The translations under genes were made by a program, and so were the position numbers. Positions 57,139-64,000 of a stretch of 64,000 bases of DNA are shown here, piece by piece. This DNA is from Alphaproteobacteria bacterium (GTDB lineage: Bacteria > Pseudomonadota > Alphaproteobacteria > UBA828). The DNA lies in assembly GCA_965221125.1 (NCBI GenBank), contig CBDCRW010000005.1:96001-160000 (forward strand), written 5' to 3'. Positions within the stretch are counted from its first letter, which is position 1. Each line of letters starts with the position of its first letter. A model generated the notes under the pieces. It was not told the DNA's origin. It saw only the letters and a program-made list of their open reading frames with translations, and did no database searches.

Positions 57139-57999
57139 TTACCGCCCGTCGCGGACGTGCTTGTAGATCTCGGTGAAGTCGGAGTCCGGGTGCGCGGCCT
57201 CCATGCCGTCCCAGATCTCGCGGAGCTGGCCGGCGAGGCGGCCGGGCGCGCCGGCAGCGGCGACGCTCGCCTGGTAGAGGCGGATGTCCTTCGCCATGAG
57301 CTTTGTCGCGAAGCCGGAATCGAAGGCGCCGGTGGCGATGCGGTTGGGGAACTTGTCCTCGGTCGCGGTATTGCGCCCGGTGGAGAGATTGACCGTCTCC
57401 AGGATCATGGTCATGTCGAGGCCCTGGCCGACGCCGAAGGCCACCGCCTCGCTGGTCGCCGCCATCGCCGTGGCCGAGAGGAAGTTGTTGAGGAGCTTCA
57501 TCGCCATGCCGTGGCCGGGCCGGGTGCCGACCTGGCGCGCGTTCGCTGCCATCGGGCGCAAGTAGGGCTCGATCTCGGCGTAGAGGTCGTCGGGTGCCGC
57601 CACCATCATGGCGAGCGTGCCGGCCTTCGAGCCCTTGGTGCCGCCGCTCACCGGCGCATCGGCGTAGCGGATGCCGGCTTGGGCCAGCAGGTCGTGAGCC
57701 GCTTGCGCGTCGTGCATGCCGGCGGTGGTGCTGTCCACCACGATCGCAGCCGCGCGGTTCGGGCAATCGGCGATCTCGTGGGCCACCTTCAGCACGGTCG
57801 GCCCGTCGGGCAGGCAGAGGAAGACGATCCGCGCCCTCTGCGACACTTCCGCCGCAGACTCGGCGCAGGGCGCGCCCGGCGGCGCCAGCGCTTCCGTGCC
57901 GGCGGCGTCGAAGCACACGACCTCGTGGCCCGCGGCGGCCAGGTTGTGCGCCATCGGCCCGCCCATGTTGCCGAGGCCGATGAAGCCGAGGGTGGGCAT
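57139..57999 (-). CDS. 3-hydroxyisobutyrate/2-hydroxy-3-oxopropionate dehydrogenase family
   Basis: 'GFIGLGNMGGPMA', 'DAPVSGG' and 'MKLLNN'. Confidence 0.92.
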   Translation of the reverse strand: MPTLGFIGLGNMGGPMAHNLAAAGHEVVCFDAAGTEALAPPGAPCAESAAEVSQRARIVFLCLPDGPTVLKVAHEIADCPNRAAAIVVDSTTAGMHDAQAAHDLLAQAGIRYADAPVSGGTKGSKAGTLAMMVAAPDDLYAEIEPYLRPMAANARQVGTRPGHGMAMKLLNNFLSATAMAATSEAVAFGVGQGLDMTMILETVNLSTGRNTATEDKFPNRIATGAFDSGFATKLMAKDIRLYQASVAAAGAPGRLAGQLREIWDGMEAAHPDSDFTEIYKHVRDGR

Positions 58000-58388
58000 C
58001 AGCCGCCCTCCGCCTTGCGGTGCTCGTCGACCACGCGGCGCGCGATGCGGAAGCCTTCGACCGCCGCCGGCGCCCCGCAATAGACGGCGACCTGAATCAG
58101 CGTCTCCTTGATCTCGTCGACGCTCGCGCCGTTGCGGAGCGCGCCCTTGAGATGCAGCTCCAGCTCGTGGCTGCGGCCGAGCGCGGACAGCATGCAGATG
58201 TTGTTGAGGCTGCGCTGCTTGCGGCTCAGCCCCGGCCGGCCCCACACCGCGCCCCAGCAGTACTCGGTAAGGATCTCCTGAAACTCCTGGTTGAAGTCGT
58301 CGGCGCTGCCGATGGCGCGGTCGACGTACTCCGCGCCCAGCACCTCGCGCCGGATCTGGAGGCCTTTCTCGTACATCTCGTTGGGCAT
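57999..58388 (-). CDS. Carboxymuconolactone decarboxylase family protein
   Basis: 'GLQIRREVLGAEYVD...WGAVWGRPGL...ELELHLKGALRNG...AVYCGAP'. Confidence 0.92.
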   Translation of the reverse strand: MPNEMYEKGLQIRREVLGAEYVDRAIGSADDFNQEFQEILTEYCWGAVWGRPGLSRKQRSLNNICMLSALGRSHELELHLKGALRNGASVDEIKETLIQVAVYCGAPAAVEGFRIARRVVDEHRKAEGG

Positions 58389-58413
58389 GGCGGTTGCTCT
58401 CCTGCGTGGAGGT

Positions 58414-59580
58414 CTAATCGGCCGTGTGGGCCGCGAGGAATTCTTCGTCGATAGTGACGCCGAGGCCGGGGCGGTCGGGAATGGCGATCATGCCGTCCAC
58501 CACCTCGAAGTTCTCCTCGGCGAGGTCGTGGAGCAGCGGGTTGGCGCCGAGCGAGTACTCGGCGATCACCGCGGCCGGCGAGGCCGCCATGACCTGAAGG
58601 CCGGCGGCGAAGTTGAGCGCGCCGCCCCAGAGGTGGGGTGCCAGCTTGATGCCGTAGCTCTCGGCCAGCGCCGCGATGCGCACGGCCTCGGTAATCCCAC
58701 CCGCGATGGCGAGGTCGGGCTGGAAGTAGTCCACGGCCTCGTGCTCCGCCAGGTCGCGGAAGTCGAAGCGGGTGAACTCGCTCTCGCCGGCGGTGATCGG
58801 GATGTCGGTCGCGGCCCGCACGGTGGCCATGCCGGCCCTGTCGTCCACGTTCACCGGCTCCTCGAACCAGGCAAGGTCGCAGTCCTCCACCTGGCGCGCG
58901 AAGCGGAGCGCTTCCTTCACCGAATAGGTGCCGTGGGCGTCCACCATGATGTCGACGTCGTCGCCGAGATGGGCGCGCGCGGCGTGGACGCGGCGCACCG
59001 AGGTCGGGACATCGCCGTCGCCTGCGCCGACGCGCATCTTCACGGCGCGGAAGCCGCCGCGTGCGATGTAGCTTTCGAGCTGCTCGCCGATCGCCTCGGC
59101 CGGCGCCCAGCCGCCGGAGGCGTAGGCCGGGAGCGACTCCCGGCACCTGCCGCCGAGGAGCTGCCACACCGGCACCCCGAGGGAGCGGCCGAGGATATCC
59201 CAGCAGGCCATGTCGATGGCGCCGATGGCACTGATCCTGCTGCCGCGGCGGTCCAGCACGGGGAAGCCCCGGCCGCGCGTGAGCGCGAAGTGCGCGCGGC
59301 CGCCGTTGTAGCCCAGCTCCCACAGGCGGCGCGGGTTGCGCGGGTCCTCGCCCACCAGCGCGGGCCCGAGATCGCGGTTGATGAGCGCGGCCATCGCCGC
59401 GTTGTTGCCCATGCTGCCGACCGAGGCCTTGGCCTCGCCCCAGCCGACCAGTCCGCATGCGGTCTCGATCCTGACGATGGTGGCGTCGAAGTAGTCGGCG
59501 ACCCCGAGGTCGCTCCTGTGCTGCTGCGCCTTGGGGATCGGCACGTGCACCCAGCGTGCCGTGACGCTCTCGATCTTCAT
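58414..59580 (-). CDS. Mandelate racemase/muconate lactonizing enzyme family
   Basis: 'AIDMACWDILG', 'VKMRVG', 'MVDAH', 'WFEEP', 'AGESE' and 'PGLGV'. Confidence 0.93.
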   Translation of the reverse strand: MKIESVTARWVHVPIPKAQQHRSDLGVADYFDATIVRIETACGLVGWGEAKASVGSMGNNAAMAALINRDLGPALVGEDPRNPRRLWELGYNGGRAHFALTRGRGFPVLDRRGSRISAIGAIDMACWDILGRSLGVPVWQLLGGRCRESLPAYASGGWAPAEAIGEQLESYIARGGFRAVKMRVGAGDGDVPTSVRRVHAARAHLGDDVDIMVDAHGTYSVKEALRFARQVEDCDLAWFEEPVNVDDRAGMATVRAATDIPITAGESEFTRFDFRDLAEHEAVDYFQPDLAIAGGITEAVRIAALAESYGIKLAPHLWGGALNFAAGLQVMAASPAAVIAEYSLGANPLLHDLAEENFEVVDGMIAIPDRPGLGVTIDEEFLAAHTAD

Positions 59581-59605
59581 CGGGCTGCTGTTCCTCGGTG
59601 AACGG

Positions 59606-59992
59606 TCACTCGGCGCGAGGGACCTCGGGGCGTTGCAGGACGGCGGAGAAAATCTCGTCGATGCGCGCGCGCAGCGCCTCGTCCTCGCGGGCGGCGTTGT
59701 AGATCGCGTAGTACTCGTCCGCGTCGATACCGTCGGTCTCGTCGATGGCGCGGGCGAGGTCGGCTTGCGCGTCCTCGATCAGGTCCTCGCGCGCGTCCTC
59801 GTCGGCCGCGCCCTCGATGACCGGCCGCCAGGTCTCGATGCGCTTGCTGACCTCGACGGCGGCGGAGACGAAAGCCGCGAGCGTGGCGTCGCTGTAGTCC
59901 TGCGCGGACGCGCGCGGGGCCGCCGCCAGCACCGCGCCGGCAAGCACGACCACGAGCAGCAGGGACGCGAGCCTGGGTGCGACGCGAGTCAT
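59606..59992 (-). CDS. DUF4168-like secreted helical protein
   Basis: Signal peptide, then 'YSDATLAAFVSAAVEV...EYYAIYNAAREDEALRARI'. Confidence 0.75.
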   Translation of the reverse strand: MTRVAPRLASLLLVVVLAGAVLAAAPRASAQDYSDATLAAFVSAAVEVSKRIETWRPVIEGAADEDAREDLIEDAQADLARAIDETDGIDADEYYAIYNAAREDEALRARIDEIFSAVLQRPEVPRAE

Positions 59993-60014
59993 GATGCGAA
60001 AGGCGCCGCCGCCA

Positions 60015-60758
60015 CTACGCGCCCGACTGCAGGGTAAAGCTCATCGTCGCCATGGGCGCGTCCGAGAACGGGTCCATGCCCCGCAGGCTGGTGATGGTGC
60101 CGTGCGGCACGGTCGCCGGGTTGTCGAAGGAGAAGTCATCCCCCTCCTCGGTGCCGGCATCCCAGGGGTAGAGGTTCACCGTGAGCGCCTCGATCCATTC
60201 GCCCTCGTCATCCAGCAGGGAGAGGCCGAAGACGCCGACGAACCAGTCGGAGCTCGGCGCGATCATCGTGAGCAGGGTGATGCGTGAATGCTCGGCGGTA
60301 AGCGTGACGGTGTCGAAGGAATCCGAGGCCGTCGCCCCCGGCCCCGACTCCTTGCGGAGCACGCTCAGCGCGTTCGCACCCGCTGCCTCGATCTCTTCCG
60401 TGAGCGTCGCCGTCCGCCCGCGCTCCGCCATGGATTCGATCCCGGGTGTGGCCTTGCCGCCGGCCTCCAGGAACGCCACGTCCCCGTTGTGGACGCCGCC
60501 GATCAGCGGCGAGAAGTGCACACCATCGGGAACGCCGCCCGGCGTGGCCTCGACGGTCCAGGTGCCGGTGAAGGTGACGGTATAGGTCGCGGACGCGCCG
60601 GTGGCGGCCTCGTGAGCCGCGGGGTCGAGCAGCGTCTCGCCGGAGGAATCGCCGTAGGCGGCGCAGCCGGGGACGAACGCGGCGACGAGGAGAGCGGCAT
60701 GGGCCGCGCCGAAGGATCGCGCGCCGCGCCGGGCGGTGCGGCCTGGAGCCTGGTTCAT
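60015..60758 (-). CDS. Spondin_N domain (F-spondin/mindin-like) secreted or lipoprotein
   Basis: 'ATYTVTFTGTW', 'HFSPLIGGVH', 'GIESMAERG', 'TMIAPSSDWFVG' and 'YPWDAGTEEG'. Confidence 0.88.
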   Translation of the reverse strand: MNQAPGRTARRGARSFGAAHAALLVAAFVPGCAAYGDSSGETLLDPAAHEAATGASATYTVTFTGTWTVEATPGGVPDGVHFSPLIGGVHNGDVAFLEAGGKATPGIESMAERGRTATLTEEIEAAGANALSVLRKESGPGATASDSFDTVTLTAEHSRITLLTMIAPSSDWFVGVFGLSLLDDEGEWIEALTVNLYPWDAGTEEGDDFSFDNPATVPHGTITSLRGMDPFSDAPMATMSFTLQSGA

Positions 60759-60771
60759 CGCGTGGTCTCCT

Positions 60772-61776
60772 TCAAGTCACCTGGAAGCCGTGGGCGAAGG
60801 GGTCGTCCTCGTCGACGAAGATCGTGTTGAGCCCGGTGACCCGCGCCCAGCCCTCGACGCTCGGCACGATCGCGTCGTGGTTGCCCACCTTCGTCGCGCC
60901 CTCGACGCGGCAGCGGAAGAGGCTGCCGATGATGCTCTCGTGCACGAACTCGTCGCCGGGCGCGAGTTTTCCCAGGGCCGCCCACTGCGCCATGCGGGCC
61001 GAGCTGCCGGTGCCGCAGGGGGAGCGGTCGAGCGCGCCGGAGCCGTAGAAGACGGCGTTCCGCGCGTGCGCGCTCGCGTCGCGGGGCGCGCCGGTCCACA
61101 TGACGTGGCTCACGCCCGCGATGGAGGGATCGTCCGGGTGAATGCACTCGACGGCCTTGTTGCAGGCCTCGCGCAGGCCGGGACTCATCGCCAGCAGCGC
61201 GGCCGCCGAGAACGCCTCCATCCCCGCGTAGCCCGGCTGCGGGTCGACGATGGCGTAGAAATTGCCGCCGTAGGCGATGTCCACCGTGAGCGAGCCGAGG
61301 CCGGGGCATTCCACCTCCACCCCCGTCTCCGCCAAAAAGCTCGGCACGTTGGTGATGCGCACGCCTTCGACGTGCGTGCCGTTCCGCCGGTAGCGGGCGT
61401 CGACGCGGCCCGCCGGCGTATCCAGCACTAGGAAGCCCTCGTCGCGGGGCGTGACGAGGCCGTGCTCCAGCGCGATGGTCACGGTGCCGATGGTGCCGTG
61501 GCCGCACATGGGCAGGCAGCCGCTGGTCTCGACGAAGAGGATGGCCAGGTCGGCGTCCGCCGAAATGGGCGGGTAGAGAAGCGAGCCCGACATCAGGTCG
61601 TGGCCGCGCGGCTCGAACATCAGCGCCCGGCGGATCCAATCGTAGTCGCGGAGGAAGTGCTGGCGCCGCTCGCTCATGGTGGCGCCCGCGAGCGCTGGCC
61701 CGCCGCCGGCGACCACGCGGACCGGATTGCCGCAGGTGTGGCCGTCGATGCAGAAGAAGGTGTGGCGCGCGCCCAT
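60772..61776 (-). CDS. 4-hydroxyproline 2-epimerase (proline racemase family)
   Basis: 'DGHTCGNPVR', 'MFEPRGHD', and catalytic motifs 'MCGHGTIG' and 'DRSPCGTGSSAR'. Confidence 0.93.
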   Translation of the reverse strand: MGARHTFFCIDGHTCGNPVRVVAGGGPALAGATMSERRQHFLRDYDWIRRALMFEPRGHDLMSGSLLYPPISADADLAILFVETSGCLPMCGHGTIGTVTIALEHGLVTPRDEGFLVLDTPAGRVDARYRRNGTHVEGVRITNVPSFLAETGVEVECPGLGSLTVDIAYGGNFYAIVDPQPGYAGMEAFSAAALLAMSPGLREACNKAVECIHPDDPSIAGVSHVMWTGAPRDASAHARNAVFYGSGALDRSPCGTGSSARMAQWAALGKLAPGDEFVHESIIGSLFRCRVEGATKVGNHDAIVPSVEGWARVTGLNTIFVDEDDPFAHGFQVT

Positions 61777-61779
61777 CGC

Positions 61780-62766
61780 TCAGCCCTTACCCGCGACCTG
61801 CACCCACTGGCCGCTGGCCGCGGCCTCGACCAGCGCTTCCATCACGGCGATGCAGTGCACGGCCTCCTCGGTCGTCACCGTGAACCGCGTCTCGCCGGCG
61901 CAGGCGGCGGCGAACTCGTCGAGCTCCAGCCGGAGCGTATCCAGCGCCTCAATGGGCTCTTCGCGCCTGGTCCCGTCCGCTGCCTGGAGGATGAGCTTGC
62001 TGTTGTCGATCTCGGCGAACGCGTTGCCGCCGGTGCCGTAGACGTTGATGTAGGAGGTGTGCGGGCAGGCGAACATCGTGCCGAGATAGCCCGAGACACC
62101 GGATTCGAAGGCGAAGAGCACCGAGGTCGTGTCGTCGATGTCGACCGGGACCGCGCGCCGGTACGCCTGCGCGCCCACCCGCGCGATGGGCCCCAGCAGG
62201 TAGACGAGGGCGTCGATCATGTGGATGCCGAGGCCGGTGATGGAGCCGGCCGGGCTCTCGATGCGGTTGGAGCGCCACAATTCCGGCGAGTAGCTGAGCG
62301 CGCTCGGCACGGAGAAATTGGCTTCCGCGTGGAGCACCGTGCCGAAGTCGCCTGCCTCCAGCCTGGATTTCAGCGCCTGCGTCCCGCTGTGCCAGCGCCG
62401 GTTCTGCCCGATGGCGAGAACCACGCCGGCTGCGGCGCAGGCATCGACCGCGGCCTGCGCGCTCGCGCGCGTCAGCGTGAAGGGCTTCTCGCAGAAGACG
62501 TGCTTACCCGCCGCCGCTGCCGCGATCACCTGCTCGGCATGGAGCGAGTGCGGCGTTGTCAGGATGACCGCGTCGACCCCGTCGTCGGCAAGCACCGCCT
62601 CGTAGGAGTCGTGCTGGGCCGTGCCGTACTTTTGGGCGAAGGCCGCGCGCTTCTCTTCGGACCGGGTGTAGCAGGTCACGATACGGATGGCGTCCGACTT
62701 GCCCTGTGCGGCATCCGCAAGCTCGTCGGACCACCAGCCCATCCCGATTGAGGCGGCGCGCAGCAT
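61780..62766 (-). CDS. Gfo/Idh/MocA oxidoreductase
   Basis: 'IGMGWW', 'TTPHSLH', 'GKHVFCEKP' and 'GIHMID'. Confidence 0.92.
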   Translation of the reverse strand: MLRAASIGMGWWSDELADAAQGKSDAIRIVTCYTRSEEKRAAFAQKYGTAQHDSYEAVLADDGVDAVILTTPHSLHAEQVIAAAAAGKHVFCEKPFTLTRASAQAAVDACAAAGVVLAIGQNRRWHSGTQALKSRLEAGDFGTVLHAEANFSVPSALSYSPELWRSNRIESPAGSITGLGIHMIDALVYLLGPIARVGAQAYRRAVPVDIDDTTSVLFAFESGVSGYLGTMFACPHTSYINVYGTGGNAFAEIDNSKLILQAADGTRREEPIEALDTLRLELDEFAAACAGETRFTVTTEEAVHCIAVMEALVEAAASGQWVQVAGKG

Positions 62767-62897
62767 GGCTTACACCCGATCCTGTGAGTCCTGTCCCGAC
62801 ACTAGCCCGGATTTCTCGCCACGGCCAAGGTCTGCGGCTGTCGACGGCGAACCCGTTTCGCTGCAACGCGCTCCCGCTTAGCGCTTTGCAATCGTCC

Positions 62898-63010
62898 ACC
62901 CACCTCCCCCTGTCCCCCTCCCCCCAAGGGCGGAGGGGGAACGCTGTCGGCGCCGTCCGTATTCTCCCTCTCCTCCCCACCGGGGAGGAGAGGGCCGGGG
63001 TGAGGTGGGG
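62898..63010. repeat. C/G-tract palindromic intergenic repeat, copy B
   Basis: Reverse-complement homolog of 57010-57121 with a different central spacer. Confidence 0.75.
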
Positions 63011-63118
63011 GCTTTGCTTCAGGCGTCCGTGGCAGAGAGAGCTTTCCGCGCTCCGATCGCGCCCGGTGCGGCATGACAAACAGCGTCGTTTCTCCCGATG
63101 CGGTCGTCCGGGGTAACG

Positions 63119-64000
63119 ATGGAAGCCCTGGTCGGCGCGGCGCTGCACACGCCGGAGGGGATCGTCTCCGCCCGCGCCCTGCTGCTGGCGGCGGGCGCAA
63201 TCCGCGACATCGTGGCGGAAAACGCGATCCCCGCCGACGCCCGGGTCACGCGGCTCGCGGGCGGCACGCTCGCCGCTGGCTTCATCGACCTGCAGGTGAA
63301 CGGCGGCGGCGGTGTCATGTTCAACGACGTGCCGACGGCGGCAACCGTCGCGGCGATCGGCCGTGCCCACCGGGCGCGGGGCACCACGGGCTTTCTGCCG
63401 ACCTTCATCTCCGGCCCGCGCGCCGCCATGGCGCGGGCGGTGGCGGCGGTGCGAGACGCGATGGACGCCGGCGAGCCCGGCGTGCTCGGCATCCACTTCG
63501 AGGGGCCGCACATCAACCCCGCGCGCCGGGGCGCCCACGATGCGTGCCAGATCCGGCCGCCGGCGGACGGCGACATCGACCTGCTCACCTCGCTCGGCGT
63601 TGGCCGCACGCTGGTGACGCTCGCGCCGGAGTGCGTGGCGCCTGCCGACATCGCCGCGCTGGCCGCCCGCGGCGTCATCGTCGCCGCCGGCCACAGCGAG
63701 GCCGACGCCGGCACCATCGACCGGGCGGCGGCGCAGGGGCTTGCCGGCGTCACCCACCTGTTCAACGCCATGGGCCCGCTCGGCCACCGCGAGCCCGGCG
63801 CGGCCGGCGCGGCGCTGACGCGCGACCGTCTCGCCTGCGGCATCATCGCCGACGGCGCCCACGTGCGCTGGGAGGTGCTGCGCCTCGCCTGGCGCGCGAA
63901 ACCCCCCGGCACGCTGTTCCTGGTCTCGGACGCGATGGCGCCGGTGGGTGCGGCGGATGCGGAGACGGTCCGCATCGGCGACGAGACCGCGCGGATCGTG
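63119..64000 (+). CDS. nagA: N-acetylglucosamine-6-phosphate deacetylase, truncated by window edge
   Basis: Hand translation gives 'GFIDLQVNGGGG', 'GIHFEGPHI', 'TLAPE', 'AGHS', 'THLFNAM', 'IIADGAHV' and 'LVSDAM'. Confidence 0.95.
   Translation, partial: MEALVGAALHTPEGIVSARALLLAAGAIRDIVAENAIPADARVTRLAGGTLAAGFIDLQVNGGGGVMFNDVPTAATVAAIGRAHRARGTTGFLPTFISGPRAAMARAVAAVRDAMDAGEPGVLGIHFEGPHINPARRGAHDACQIRPPADGDIDLLTSLGVGRTLVTLAPECVAPADIAALAARGVIVAAGHSEADAGTIDRAAAQGLAGVTHLFNAMGPLGHREPGAAGAALTRDRLACGIIADGAHVRWEVLRLAWRAKPPGTLFLVSDAMAPVGAADAETVRIGDETARIV

Overview
High-GC alphaproteobacterial-looking chromosomal window, possibly from a marine or host-associated organism. That assignment is inferred from the trxB-lsrB synteny, xsc and a spondin-domain gene. 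About 1-30.7 kb is a mosaic integrative island. It holds a truncated type IV coupling-protein/excisionase module, an integrase remnant, a LysR + betaine-type ABC + amidinotransferase + xsc cluster, and a GPP34-cytochrome b fusion with an 11-heme cytochrome c. It also carries decayed IHF and TA genes, an S8 lipoprotease and a tyrosine integrase. The integrase 5' region is hit by an IS66-family element (22273-30226, 8-bp TSD CAAGGTTC). That element's transposase is itself split by a 4.6-kb TG...CA transposon (23015-27635, 5-bp TSD CCAGG), which encodes a Zn-ribbon protein, a Mu-like DDE transposase, an ExeA/TnsC-like ATPase and a RepA-like helicase-wHTH followed by an origin-like palindrome. From 30.9 kb the window is mostly core and catabolic genes: trxB, lsrB-like, msrP, aminotransferases, a DMFase-like pair, a GS-family gene, ubiH-like, hydroxyproline epimerase and nagA. 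That part also contains an ISAs1 (10-bp TSD), two low-GC TA islets, a candidate sRNA and two families of dispersed structured repeats. No rRNA, tRNA or CRISPR array was seen. Family calls come from motif recognition by eye; no database searches were run.
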